64,000 nucleotides of DNA from positions 2,752,001 through 2,816,000 of the forward strand of contig OY764159.1 of assembly GCA_963668175.1 (NCBI GenBank). Reading direction: 5' to 3'. The notes beneath the pieces are model-generated. The model was not told the DNA's origin. It searched no databases and saw only the letters and a program-made list of their open reading frames with translations. A program made the position numbers and the translations under genes. This document shows, in pieces, positions 1-9,660 of the stretch. Numbering within the stretch: the first letter of the stretch is position 1; the number at the start of each line of letters is the position of its first letter. The DNA is from Syntrophales bacterium. Its GTDB lineage: Bacteria; Desulfobacterota; Syntrophia; Syntrophales; PHBD01.

Positions 1-1
1 G

Positions 2-877
2 GCGGAAGGAACCGATCCGGGAACCATCCAACCGGGGAGTCAGGAAAGCCAGGACGGATGGCAAGTCGGCCTTAACGGCAGCAACTGGGGCGAGTTCCTG
101 GGCGACCTCAAGGGCGATCCGGTCTTTAAGCCTTACGAGGGCAAGCCGGTTCAGGAGGTGTTCAAGGGCTACGCCAATGCGGCGAGGATGATCGGCGGCG
201 ACAAGATCGTCGTCCCGGCCGGGAGCCTCGACACGGAAGCGACCTGGAACCAGGTCTGGGACAAGCTCGGCCGGCCGAAGGACCACAGGGGATACCATTT
301 GAAGCTGGAGCAGGGCATCTTTCCCGAGGGAACGCAACTCGATCCCGGGGTGGACGAGGCATATGCGAAGACCTGCCACAGGCTCGGCATCCTGCCGAAG
401 CAGGCCAACGCCCTGTATAACTGGCATGCAAGACTGGTGTCGGATATGCAGGCCCAAAGCGCGGCCCGCGAGGGTTCGGCCTACGACCGCGCCGCCGACG
501 AACTGCGCCGCGAATTGCGGACCGAAGAGAGGTTCCAGACATTCGTCGACAAGAGCAACCGGGTCGTCTCCCGGTATGCCGGATCGCAGGACGCCGCGGA
601 CCGGATCATCGACAAGTACGGCAACGACCCCGACATCATCCGTCTCCTGGGGAATATCGGTGCGTCGCTCGACGAGGACGTCCTGGTGACGGGAGGCCGG
701 CGTTACGCCGACGGCGCCGACCCGCGGGAGAAGCTCCTCGACATCCAGCAGAACAAGGCGAATCCGCTGCACGAGGCCTACTTCAACGCGGGCCATCCGC
801 AGCACCAGTACGCGGTGGACGAGGTCTTCCGGCTCACGCAGCTCGCGCAGGGCGGCAAGGGATGGAGGAAGCCGTGA
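2..877 (+). CDS. Phage capsid scaffolding protein (5' truncated by window edge)
   Basis: Frame of ORF 158..877 is open back to base 2; W..LGRP....Y and HPQH..AV..V motifs typical of podovirus scaffold proteins; lies upstream of capsid. Confidence 0.7.
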   Translation, partial: AEGTDPGTIQPGSQESQDGWQVGLNGSNWGEFLGDLKGDPVFKPYEGKPVQEVFKGYANAARMIGGDKIVVPAGSLDTEATWNQVWDKLGRPKDHRGYHLKLEQGIFPEGTQLDPGVDEAYAKTCHRLGILPKQANALYNWHARLVSDMQAQSAAREGSAYDRAADELRRELRTEERFQTFVDKSNRVVSRYAGSQDAADRIIDKYGNDPDIIRLLGNIGASLDEDVLVTGGRRYADGADPREKLLDIQQNKANPLHEAYFNAGHPQHQYAVDEVFRLTQLAQGGKGWRKP

Positions 878-1035
878 ACTTTTTCGATTTGCAGGAAGAA
901 TCGTGCCGCGTCGTGAGCAGGTTCGGAAAGCCGAACCCCCGGCAGATCACGGAAGAGGAACAGCGCCGGGAGGAAACACTGGCGCGCAGGGAAAACCGCG
1001 GCGGGCAGCCCCCGGAGGGTCCGCCCGGGCCATGA
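874..1035 (+). CDS. Small hypothetical phage protein (53 aa)
   Basis: GTG overlaps the scaffold stop (GTGA); open to TGA at 1033-1035. Confidence 0.35.
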   Translation: MNFFDLQEESCRVVSRFGKPNPRQITEEEQRREETLARRENRGGQPPEGPPGP

Positions 1036-1059
1036 AAGGAAAATGAAACGGTCGGGCAG

Positions 1060-1244
1060 CGCCTTAACAGGCTATGCCCCCCGCATGGGGGGTGTTGAAT
1101 AACTCGCTTTGAACCCCCTATGCAGGGGGCACGCAGGCTGTTCAAAAATGTCCAGATGTAAGGTTTATCCCCTTTAGGGGACGCGCAAAAGACCCCCATG
1201 CGGGGGGCGCGGCCCCCATGCGGGGGGCATGGCCTGATAAGGCG
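1060..1244. repeat. 32-bp imperfect inverted repeat (1060-1091 / 1213-1244) enclosing further CCCCCATGCGGGGGGC-like copies, in the capsid leader
   Basis: Reverse complement of 1060-1091 differs from 1213-1244 at 2 positions; related motif copies at 1114-1130 and 1193-1208. Confidence 0.75.
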
Positions 1245-1345
1245 TCCGTGCTAGGCGAGAAGAAGCTTGAAGAAGCTCGGTGATCCGCAACCGCGGGCAG
1301 TCACGAGGAAAAGTCGAACCATATAACTTTTTGGAGGTGACTGAG

Positions 1346-2212
1346 ATGTCCACACAGATAACCGCTGCCATGGTCGAGCAGTATTCGTCCAATGTGCAGA
1401 TCCTCATGCAGCAGAAGGAAAGCCGCCTGCGGAGCGCCGTCCGCGTGGAGACGGGCGTCGTCGGGCGGAACGCCTTCTTCGATCAACTGAACCAGACGGC
1501 CGCCATCAGACGCACGACGCGCCACGGCGACACGCCTCTCGTCAACACGCCTCATATGCGCAGGCGCGTCACCCTGGCCGACTACGACTGGGCCGACCTC
1601 GTCGACAACATGGACGCGAGGAAAGTCCTGACGGACCCGACGAGCAACTATGCCAAGAACGCGGCCAACGCCATGAACCGGGCCATCGACGACGTCATCA
1701 TCGCCAATGCCTTGGTGACGGCGGCCGGCGGCATCGACGGAAGCACGCCTTACAGTTTCGACACGGCCAACTATCAGATCGCCCACGGCGGTGCGGGACT
1801 GAACCTGAACAAGATCCTCTCGGCCAAGCAGAAACTCGACGCCGCCGAAGTGGACGAAAACGACCGCTTCTTCGTCCTCGGCTCGAAGCAGCTCAACGAT
1901 CTGCTGAACATCAACCAGATCCAGTCCGCCGACTACAACACCGTCAAGGCCCTCGTCCACGGCGATATCGACACGTACCTTGGGTTCAGGTTCATCCGCA
2001 GCGAACGCCTGCAGATACCCACCACCAATGTCTATTCGTGCCTGGCCTTCCAGAAGAATTCGCTCCTCCTGGCCATCGGCCTCGACATCGTGACGGACGT
2101 CGGACCGCGGCGCGACAAGAACATGGCGAACCAGGTCTATCTCGGCATGTCCATCGGCGCAACCCGCATGGACGAAAAGGGCGTAGTCGAAGTCCAGTGC
2201 CAGAACGCTTAA
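1346..2212 (+). CDS. Major capsid protein
   Basis: GGAGG RBS then ATG at 1346; MSTQIT.A.V.QY...V..L.QQK.SRLR start, R..D..II and G..I.T.LGF.FI motifs, GATRMDEKGVVEV end typical of this podovirus capsid family. Confidence 0.9.
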   Translation: MSTQITAAMVEQYSSNVQILMQQKESRLRSAVRVETGVVGRNAFFDQLNQTAAIRRTTRHGDTPLVNTPHMRRRVTLADYDWADLVDNMDARKVLTDPTSNYAKNAANAMNRAIDDVIIANALVTAAGGIDGSTPYSFDTANYQIAHGGAGLNLNKILSAKQKLDAAEVDENDRFFVLGSKQLNDLLNINQIQSADYNTVKALVHGDIDTYLGFRFIRSERLQIPTTNVYSCLAFQKNSLLLAIGLDIVTDVGPRRDKNMANQVYLGMSIGATRMDEKGVVEVQCQNA

Positions 2213-2218
2213 CAACCC

Positions 2219-2243
2219 GCGGGGGAGGGCATTCCCTCCCCGT
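2219..2243 (+). terminator. GC-rich hairpin after capsid gene (terminator or processing site)
   Basis: GGGGAGGG-cattc-CCTCCCC stem; a similar hairpin lies at 2734-2764 after the next gene; no clear U-tract. Confidence 0.4.
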
Positions 2244-2268
2244 GTAATTCCTCAAGGAGGATTAGACC

Positions 2269-2724
2269 ATGGCAACATACAGCGGTTCCAACTACACGAA
2301 ATTCCTGTCCCCAAGTCCTTTTCCCGTGGGAACGAATCCGGGTTACATGGGAGCGGAGTGGGAGGGCAAAGTACGCGCGATCTACGATACATATACCTTC
2401 GCGGGAGAAACGTCCGGATCGTTCGTCAATGTCGGCGTTCTGAGGGCCGGAGAGGTGTACCTCGGCTGCGAGATCGTCAACGCGGCGCTCGGCGCCAGCA
2501 CAACACTTCAGCTCGGTGATCAGGGCTGCACCGGCCTGGCGGCCAACGACGCCCGATACATGGCGGCGCAATCGTCCGTATCCGCCGGGAACATCATTGG
2601 CAAGGACGCATCGTCGGGTTTGGGGTTCAAGGCTCCGGGCGACCTCGTCCTCCAGCTCAAGACGGGCGGCGGTGCCTGTACGGGCCAAGTCCAGATCACC
2701 ATCTGGAAAGTCTGCCCGAATTAA
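2269..2724 (+). CDS. Capsid cement/decoration protein
   Basis: AAGGAGG RBS; 151 aa beta-rich protein directly after the capsid with LG...TL.LGD....RY motif. Confidence 0.65.
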   Translation: MATYSGSNYTKFLSPSPFPVGTNPGYMGAEWEGKVRAIYDTYTFAGETSGSFVNVGVLRAGEVYLGCEIVNAALGASTTLQLGDQGCTGLAANDARYMAAQSSVSAGNIIGKDASSGLGFKAPGDLVLQLKTGGGACTGQVQITIWKVCPN

Positions 2725-2782
2725 TTATCAAACGGCGGGGAGGGGCATAACGGCCCCTCCCCGCATCTCACAGGGGAACGAC

Positions 2783-3346
2783 ATGACGGCAAGTGCGTTG
2801 GATCTTTGCAACAGTGCGCTGACCCTCCTCGGTCAGCCGGCTATCACCTCGCTTACGGCCAATCTCCGGGCGGCGAAGCTCGTGAACCAGCGGTATCCGT
2901 ACTGCATCGACGCGACCCTCCGGGCCTATCCGTGGAACTCCGCCCTGGTGCGCATGACGGTAACGGCGGATGCGACGGCGCCCGTCTTCGGGTACGCCTT
3001 CAGATATCTCCTGCCGACGGAACCTTACTGTCTCCGCGTACTGCGTATGGACGACACCGACTGCGAGTTCAAGGTCGAAGGCCGGTATCTTCTTACGGAT
3101 GTGGGCGGCTGCAAGCTCCTGTATATCGCGAGGATCAGCGTGGGCGGTTTCGACGCCCTGCTGTTCGAGGCCGCGGCGGCAAGGCTCGCCGCGGACATCG
3201 CCTTCCCCCTGACGAACAGCACGTCCATGTCCCAGCAGGCATGGAATGCCTACCAGCAGAAGCTCGTCGAGGCCCAGGACACGGACGCCCAGGAAGGCAC
3301 CTCCGAGGACGTGGGCATGTACGGGTGGATCGATTCGAGGAGATAG
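2783..3346 (+). CDS. Tail tubular protein A (head-tail adaptor)
   Basis: ATG 2783; D.CN.AL..LG...I, YPWN.A, Y.LP.....LRV and EG..LLT motifs; position between capsid module and nozzle. Confidence 0.85.
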   Translation: MTASALDLCNSALTLLGQPAITSLTANLRAAKLVNQRYPYCIDATLRAYPWNSALVRMTVTADATAPVFGYAFRYLLPTEPYCLRVLRMDDTDCEFKVEGRYLLTDVGGCKLLYIARISVGGFDALLFEAAAARLAADIAFPLTNSTSMSQQAWNAYQQKLVEAQDTDAQEGTSEDVGMYGWIDSRR

Positions 3347-3349
3347 GCG

Positions 3350-5800
3350 ATGCGGACATCCCAGGCCATCACATCCTTCAACGCCGGCGAATGGTCGCCG
3401 CAGCTCTACGGCAGATACGACCTGGCGAAGTACCTCAATGCCTGCCGGTACCTGCGAAACTTCATTCCCCGGGTCCACGGCGGCGCGCAAAGGCGGCCGG
3501 GGTGGCGGTATGTCGCAGGGACGAAGTACGACGAGCAGAAATCGCGCCTCATTCCCTTCCAACAGAGCCAGTCCAAGGCGTACGCGCTGGAGTTCGGCGA
3601 CGGTTACATCCGCGTCTTCAAGGACAAGGGGAAGGTGACGGCCGGCGCCGGCGACGATCCCCCTCCCTACGAAGTCTCGTCGCCCTACGGCGTGGACGAC
3701 ATCAGGGGCATCCGCTACATCCAGGACGCGGACATCATGTATCTCTTCCATCCTTCCTACGCCGTGCACCAGATCTCTCGCACCGGCGACGCCTCCTGGA
3801 CGCTCGAGGAAGCGACGTTCACCGACGGTCCCTATCTAGACGAAAACACCGTCGAAGACACCGGAACGAACCTCTGCCCCGACGGGGACATGGAGAACAA
3901 CACTGGTTGGACGTCCGTCGGGACGCCGACGACGCAGGAGAGATCGTCGGACAGATCCTATCACGGGGCATACAACCGGAAATTCGTCGTGGACGCCCTG
4001 GGGGAGGGGATTCAGTCGGGGACATGGACATCGGTCACGGGCACCCTTTACCGACTCCGGTTCCGTGTTTGGACGGCGGCAAAGAACATCGCCTTCACGG
4101 TGCGCAACGGGGCGAACACGGCGGACCTCTTCACGGAGACGTTCTCTTCCGTGGCCGATTCGGAGTGGACGGAGTACGAGCGCTACTACAAGGAGACGGC
4201 GGGAGGAGCAGGGGCTTACGTCAAGTTCGTCAATGCCACGGGCACCTCCGGCACGTTCTATATCGACCACGTCGAGGTCTACGCCATCGATTCGGTGCTG
4301 CTCACGCCGTCGGGCGTCACCGGCACTGTCACCCTCATGGCCACGAGCGAGATATTCGAATCGACCCACGTCGGCTCTCACTGGCGTCTCCGGTGGAACG
4401 AAGACGAGGTGGGATACGTCAAGGTGACGAGCTACAACGCCACGACCTCCGTGAACGCCCTCGTCATGAAGGAGCTGCCGCACACGTCGCCGACGCCGTT
4501 CTGGCGGGAAGGGGCGTGGTCGGACAAACGGGGATTCCCCGCCACCGGGACGTTCTACGAACAGAGGCTGTGCGCGGCCTGCACGTCTTACCAGCCCCAG
4601 ACCATCTGGGGATCGAGAACGACGGCTTACACGGATTTCACGCCGGGCACGGAAGACACGGACGCCTTCACGCACACGATCAAGAGCGACCAGGTCCAGT
4701 ACATCCGCTGGCTGGCGGGGCTTTCGCAACTCATGGTCGGGACGTCGTCCGGGGAATGGCGGCTGGGAGGAGCTTCTTCGAGCGACGCCCTCACGTCGGG
4801 AAACGTCCGGATCCTGCCGCAGTCGCGGTACGGATGCTCGGACCTCCATCCCGTCAACATGGGATTCGCCATCCTCTTCCTCTGCCGGCACGGGGAACCG
4901 ACGAACTACGGCCGGACGCTCCGGGAACTGACCTACCGGCTGGAGTACGACACCTTTATCGGCGCGAACCTCTCGAAGTTCGTCGATCACATCGCCAGGG
5001 ACGGCATCTCGGATATGGCCTTCATGTCGTCCCCCTGGCCGATTCTCTGGGGGATCAGGCTGAACGGGGGCGTCGGCGAACTTGTCGGCATGACGTACGA
5101 AAAGGACGAGGACGTCCTCGGGTGGCACGTCCATCCCACGGCGGGATCGCTGGAGTCGATCTGCGTCATCGCCGGCGCGAAGCAGGACGAGCTCTGGGGC
5201 ATCTTCAAGCACACGATCAACGGCAACACCGTCCGGTACGTCGAGGTCCTGGAGGACTTCGACTGGGGCGACGACCAATCGGACAGCTTCTTTGTCGATT
5301 GCGGGGGAACGTATGCGGGAACGACGACGACGACGATAAGCGGCCTCGAATTCCTGGAAGGGGAGACGGTCAAGGTCCTCGTCAACGGCGCCGTGCATCC
5401 GGAGCGGACGGTTCACCAGGGAGCGATCGGTTTGGATTGGGCGGGCAGCGTCGTCCAGGTCGGTCTTGCCTATACGTCGGACCTCAAGCCCCTGGACCTG
5501 GAGGGCGGCGCGGCGGAAGGGGCGTCGCAGGGCAAGCTCAAGCGTGTCCATTCCCTCGGTATCCGGTTCTACAACACCCTGGGCGGCAGTTACGGACCCG
5601 ACGAGGACAACCTGGAGGAGATCGTCTTCCGGGACACGGCGGACCCGGTCGGCACCGTGGTCCCGCTTTACTCGGGCCTTGTCGAGTACGCCTTCCCGGG
5701 CGGATGGGAATCCGAGTGCGAGGTGATGATAAGGCAGACGGACCCCCTGCCCATGACGGTCCTTTCGATGATCCCGCGATACCGGACGGAGGACAAATGA
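3350..5800 (+). CDS. Tail tubular protein B (nozzle) with an inserted carbohydrate-binding-like domain
   Basis: SFNAGEWSP.L.GR.DL..Y, LEFG..YIR, Q.AD..Y..HP, F...RL, W.S...Y.DF and PLP.TV motifs; 816 aa. Confidence 0.9.
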   Translation: MRTSQAITSFNAGEWSPQLYGRYDLAKYLNACRYLRNFIPRVHGGAQRRPGWRYVAGTKYDEQKSRLIPFQQSQSKAYALEFGDGYIRVFKDKGKVTAGAGDDPPPYEVSSPYGVDDIRGIRYIQDADIMYLFHPSYAVHQISRTGDASWTLEEATFTDGPYLDENTVEDTGTNLCPDGDMENNTGWTSVGTPTTQERSSDRSYHGAYNRKFVVDALGEGIQSGTWTSVTGTLYRLRFRVWTAAKNIAFTVRNGANTADLFTETFSSVADSEWTEYERYYKETAGGAGAYVKFVNATGTSGTFYIDHVEVYAIDSVLLTPSGVTGTVTLMATSEIFESTHVGSHWRLRWNEDEVGYVKVTSYNATTSVNALVMKELPHTSPTPFWREGAWSDKRGFPATGTFYEQRLCAACTSYQPQTIWGSRTTAYTDFTPGTEDTDAFTHTIKSDQVQYIRWLAGLSQLMVGTSSGEWRLGGASSSDALTSGNVRILPQSRYGCSDLHPVNMGFAILFLCRHGEPTNYGRTLRELTYRLEYDTFIGANLSKFVDHIARDGISDMAFMSSPWPILWGIRLNGGVGELVGMTYEKDEDVLGWHVHPTAGSLESICVIAGAKQDELWGIFKHTINGNTVRYVEVLEDFDWGDDQSDSFFVDCGGTYAGTTTTTISGLEFLEGETVKVLVNGAVHPERTVHQGAIGLDWAGSVVQVGLAYTSDLKPLDLEGGAAEGASQGKLKRVHSLGIRFYNTLGGSYGPDEDNLEEIVFRDTADPVGTVVPLYSGLVEYAFPGGWESECEVMIRQTDPLPMTVLSMIPRYRTEDK

Positions 5801-6125
5801 TGCCCGCAGCGAAACGACCGTGGGATGATGGTTTGCGGCGGAGGACGGAAATATTTCTCCCCGGGCGTATGGGAGGCCGTATGCGAGGTGATGACCAACG
5901 GATCGACCTGCTGCCGATGACGGTGTCTGCAACGCGATACCGGACGGAGGACAAATGATGCTCATACCGCGCGACGATATGGGAACACCGGTACACGGGC
6001 GGAACGGCAGGAACATCCTCTTTCCGGTATGGCTGGAGTCCCGGAGAGAGGCGACGATCCGGCGGATAGATACGCTGCCGAGGAGAGTGTCTGCAGCGCA
6101 CTTCGGGACGGAGGATAAATAGATG
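5693..6125 (+). repeat. Three degenerate tandem copies (~160-bp period) of the nozzle gene 3' end
   Basis: CGCGATACCGGACGGAGGACAAATGATGC is exact at 5775-5803 and 5933-5961; a third degenerate copy ends GGACGGAGGATAAATAGATG at 6106-6125. Confidence 0.85.
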
Positions 6126-6494
6126 GCCGATGATTTTGTCGTCAGGCGCGACCTGAATGGTGTTCCCGTCCACGGGTACGATCATAACACCGATCTCGTC
6201 AAGACGCTCCTGTACCTCTGGGACACTTCGAGCCTTTCGCCCGTCCTGGCTACGAATATTCCGGGAACCGGTGCCATCGCCGCAGGCAACGTCGCCCTGA
6301 CGACGCGCGTGGACGACCAGACGGACGCATTCTATATCTATATCGGCAAGGCGGCCATAGGGTCCTCGGAGGACGCGGCGATCTGGCAAATCCAGAGGCT
6401 GCCCAAGAGCGGCATCGTCAAGAGCCTCTACGCCGACCGCAACCAAAATTTCGACAACATCTGGAGCAACAGGAAAAACCTGTCTTATTCGTGA
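6123..6494 (+). CDS. Hypothetical phage protein (tail-associated)
   Basis: RBS GGAGG; YIG.A..G......W.I.R.......YA.....F..IW..R..L.Y motif common in phage structural accessory proteins. Confidence 0.7.
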   Translation: MADDFVVRRDLNGVPVHGYDHNTDLVKTLLYLWDTSSLSPVLATNIPGTGAIAAGNVALTTRVDDQTDAFYIYIGKAAIGSSEDAAIWQIQRLPKSGIVKSLYADRNQNFDNIWSNRKNLSYS

Positions 6495-6501
6495 GGGCGA
6501 T

Positions 6502-6729
6502 TTGGTTATGAGTGACGAGACGATTACTGCAGAATGCATCGGGATGACCCCTTTTGAGGCGACGCTTTTTCTTAAGGAAAAAAGCAGGAGGTTAGATTGT
6601 GGGCTCGATTTGTCCCCTTCCGCGTTTCTTGCTGCGCTCAATTACGGCACATTAGAAGAATTGCAGGCCGAGACTCTGGCGAACTCAGCGAGGCTGGATG
6701 TCGCTCAAGCGGCGGAGGTACCTGAATAA
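6502..6729 (+). CDS. Hypothetical phage protein
   Basis: ORF fills the gap and its stop overlaps the next start. Confidence 0.45.
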   Translation: MVMSDETITAECIGMTPFEATLFLKEKSRRLDCGLDLSPSAFLAALNYGTLEELQAETLANSARLDVAQAAEVPE

Positions 6730-7511
6730 TGGCGACCATTACTGCGCAGGCTAATGGGAATTGGAGTAGCACGAGTACCTGGGACCTGGGTCGTCTTCCC
6801 CAGGCTGGCGACGACGTCAATCTGTCGTCTTATGCTGTCGTATGGGACACCGGCATAACGACAATCCCGGCGACGGGGTCGCTCAATTCTTTGACGGACA
6901 CGACAGGGAAACTTACCTGGAATTCCCCAGATTTCAGCAGTGACTGCGTTTTGAATTGCACAACAATAACGGCTGTCGGTACGTCTTTGATATATCAAAC
7001 CGGCTCCAGTTCTTCGCGTAAGCTCACGATTAACGCTGATGCGTTGTTCGGTGGGTCTACCAATGGGGCAGAAGGTATTCATGCTCATGGGGACTGCACG
7101 TTAGTTCTGTACATAAGACTTGTACAGGGAGGAACAACCACGTCCACAAGAGGCATAATGCTGTGGGGAAACACGACTCTTTATGTGTATGGCTTCCCAG
7201 GAGCACAGGTATGTGGGGACATAACCACATGGCCAGGGGGGGCCGGAGTAGAGAATAACGGTGCGAACCCCAGTTATTTTTATAATTGTACCATTGTTGG
7301 AGGAAACAGGGTGGAGGGAGTTACGCATACTTACAGCGGGAGATCTACCTTCTATAACTGCAATATTATTGACGGATCGTTTCAGGCTATAGGTGGATTC
7401 GCGTCCACTTTTATCTGGGGTCCAAACAATTACTGGAAAATGCGTGACGGAACCCTGTTGTTCATGGGGGGCCGGGACAGGAAACGGAGGGTGACATATG
7501 GCGGTCGCTGA
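6729..7511 (+). CDS. Putative tail spike-like beta-helix protein
   Basis: MATIT....GNWS...TW....P..GDDV N-terminus and NC.I.G beta-helix-like repeats; lower GC. Confidence 0.55.
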   Translation: MATITAQANGNWSSTSTWDLGRLPQAGDDVNLSSYAVVWDTGITTIPATGSLNSLTDTTGKLTWNSPDFSSDCVLNCTTITAVGTSLIYQTGSSSSRKLTINADALFGGSTNGAEGIHAHGDCTLVLYIRLVQGGTTTSTRGIMLWGNTTLYVYGFPGAQVCGDITTWPGGAGVENNGANPSYFYNCTIVGGNRVEGVTHTYSGRSTFYNCNIIDGSFQAIGGFASTFIWGPNNYWKMRDGTLLFMGGRDRKRRVTYGGR

Positions 7512-7995
7512 CGAATTAAGACAGGACTTAACTGCCGACTCCATCAACAAGGCGTTGGCGATTCAATCAAGACAGGTGTCGAGCAGTGACGCCAGGGCGG
7601 GGTCCGTATGGCCGACGGAGAAAAAAACGCCGGCGAAGCCGTCCGCGCATAGATCAAGCTTGGCGGCCGCGGACACCGGAGACATCAGCTCAAGCATGGG
7701 AGGCCTGGGTATTATTTTTGATGTCGGAAACTCTCAATATGTGTCGATGGTCGCGGAGCTTTCCGTCGCGTCCGCCACAGTCCAGATTGCCCTTGCTCTC
7801 TACGACGCAAGCGGAACGCTTATAGGGATAACTGAGGTCGCCAGTTTTATCGCCGACGCCTCCTGGCGCAACGGGGCAAGCGGTCCGTATGTGTCGCCTC
7901 GCTATGTTTTCGACGTGTCGGGCGCGAGCAAGGTGTTAGCGAAGTTAAAGAGCATCAGTTCTGGAAATGTCGGTATATATTTAATATCGCTATGA
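7498..7995 (+). CDS. Hypothetical phage protein
   Basis: Overlapping starts and stops with neighbours; 165 aa. Confidence 0.6.
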   Translation: MAVADELRQDLTADSINKALAIQSRQVSSSDARAGSVWPTEKKTPAKPSAHRSSLAAADTGDISSSMGGLGIIFDVGNSQYVSMVAELSVASATVQIALALYDASGTLIGITEVASFIADASWRNGASGPYVSPRYVFDVSGASKVLAKLKSISSGNVGIYLISL

Positions 7996-8579
7996 TTAGG
8001 CCTTATTTCAACAACTGGTACACGGGGACATACTTTGGTCAACAGACATATAGTTGGGATTGTAGCGGCTTTGGTGGCGATTTTAACGTCTATACAAATT
8101 TGACGCATGCCTGCCCAAGTAGCGGAAGTATCGCCATCGATTCATTGGAGGTATATGTCCTTGCGCCACTTATGATGTCAGTTAAGGTCGCCATATATAC
8201 CGTGGATGGCTCACTGATCGCTGAAAGCACAAGTGCAAAAACTCCTGGTACGTCAATGGCCTGGCTTGCGTGGAGTTCGTCTGAACTGACATGGCATAAC
8301 GGCTATAATTATCTAACGGGCGGAACATATTACAGACTGGCCGTTTTTGTGATGCCTGGGGAAACTTATGTAAGATTTGGAGTGAATACCTGCACGACAG
8401 GGGACATCGCGGGATTAAGCAGTCAGTCCTACTCGTCTATGCCCGATCCGATCCCCGGAGGATTGTCCAATACCAATGCGGGTCTAATGATCCGATGCCG
8501 GGTGTCAGCTGGAGGCGGAGGATTTATAGCAAAGGCGAGGCGTTCAATAAGCCAGAGGGTCGGCGTAAGAGGAGGGTGA
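7992..8579 (+). CDS. Hypothetical phage protein (beta-sandwich, possible receptor-binding module)
   Basis: ATGA coupling; VKVAIY and L..G.YY.LAV motifs; lower GC. Confidence 0.55.
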   Translation: MIRPYFNNWYTGTYFGQQTYSWDCSGFGGDFNVYTNLTHACPSSGSIAIDSLEVYVLAPLMMSVKVAIYTVDGSLIAESTSAKTPGTSMAWLAWSSSELTWHNGYNYLTGGTYYRLAVFVMPGETYVRFGVNTCTTGDIAGLSSQSYSSMPDPIPGGLSNTNAGLMIRCRVSAGGGGFIAKARRSISQRVGVRGG

Positions 8580-8580
8580 A

Positions 8581-9660
8581 ATGTCCAGTTTTCAGGGATT
8601 CTTAAAACAATCAACGGCGAAAAATGTCACCATCTTGATGATAGATTCGTCGGACCATATCACCGGCAAGACCGGCCTGACGCTGACGACTTACCTGTCG
8701 AAGGATTGCAACACCCCTGCCACCATTACGCCGACGGTGACGGAACTTGATGCCATGAACATGAAGGGGGTTTATAAGCTGGCCCTGACGGCCGCCCACA
8801 CGGATACATTAGGAGAATTCAAGCTCATGGTTTCGGCTACGGGAGCGGACCCTGTCGATTATAAATGGCAGGTCTGCTCGTACCTTCCCGGCGAAGCAGC
8901 AACCCTGCAATCGGACCAGGCTGTCAATGTGACGAAGATCGCGGGCGCGACGGTTGATGCTAACACAGCTCAGCTCGGTGTGAACGTCGTGAACTGGAAA
9001 GGTTCGGCGGCTCAGAACATGACAGGGGATGCCTATGCAAGGCTCGGCGCACCGGCGGGGGCGTCCCTCTCTGCCGATATTGCCGCCGTCAATGCAAAGA
9101 CAACGAACCTGCCGGCCTCGCCGGCGGCCGTCGGGTCCGCGATGACTCTGCAAGCCTCCGCAGTTCAGGCCGTCTGGGATGCTTTGACAAGTGCCTTCAC
9201 AACCAGTGGAAGTATAGGCAAACGGCTGTCCGACAATGTCGATGCCCAGATATCGACGAGATCCACCTTCGCCGGCGGCGCCGTATCGAGTGTCACGGGC
9301 AACGTCGGCGGGTCCGTGAACTCCGTTAATAGCCCTGTGACGGTAGGAACAAACAATGACAAGCTGAATTACGGCTTGTCTTCCGCAGCTGTCCAGGCAG
9401 TCTGGGACGCCCTTGCATCGGCCCTGACGACGGCAGGGAGCATCGGCAAGCGCATCGCCGATTACCTGACTGGCGACGCCTATGCGCGCCTCGGTGCGCC
9501 GTCGGGCGCATCCGTAGCGGCCGATATCGCGGCCGTCAAGACCCAGACGGACAAGATGACGTTCGACGCCTCCAACAGGATTGCTTCCAACACCAAGGCC
9601 GTCAACGACGCGACGCTCGCCGGAGCCGGCACTTCCGGGAGCCCCTGGGGGCCCGCATGA
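8581..9660 (+). CDS. Phage tail-associated protein with internal repeats
   Basis: D..TGKTGLT...SK and G.Y...LT...TDTLG motifs; TGDAYARLGAP.GAS..ADIAAV and AVQAVWDAL.SA.TT.GSIGKR each occur twice. Confidence 0.7.
   Translation: MSSFQGFLKQSTAKNVTILMIDSSDHITGKTGLTLTTYLSKDCNTPATITPTVTELDAMNMKGVYKLALTAAHTDTLGEFKLMVSATGADPVDYKWQVCSYLPGEAATLQSDQAVNVTKIAGATVDANTAQLGVNVVNWKGSAAQNMTGDAYARLGAPAGASLSADIAAVNAKTTNLPASPAAVGSAMTLQASAVQAVWDALTSAFTTSGSIGKRLSDNVDAQISTRSTFAGGAVSSVTGNVGGSVNSVNSPVTVGTNNDKLNYGLSSAAVQAVWDALASALTTAGSIGKRIADYLTGDAYARLGAPSGASVAADIAAVKTQTDKMTFDASNRIASNTKAVNDATLAGAGTSGSPWGPA

Noticed and set aside
2806..6016. Very long alternative-frame and antisense ORFs (2806..5958 +, 3836..6016 -; likewise 33837..35558 -, 36631..38313 +, 52663..54252 -)
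   Set aside because: They overlap well-supported genes, have Arg/Gly/Pro-rich shadow composition and are expected in high-GC DNA
5693..6125. CRISPR-like array from the repeated 29-mer
   Set aside because: Only two exact copies; the intervening sequences are homologous to each other and to a gene end; no cas genes
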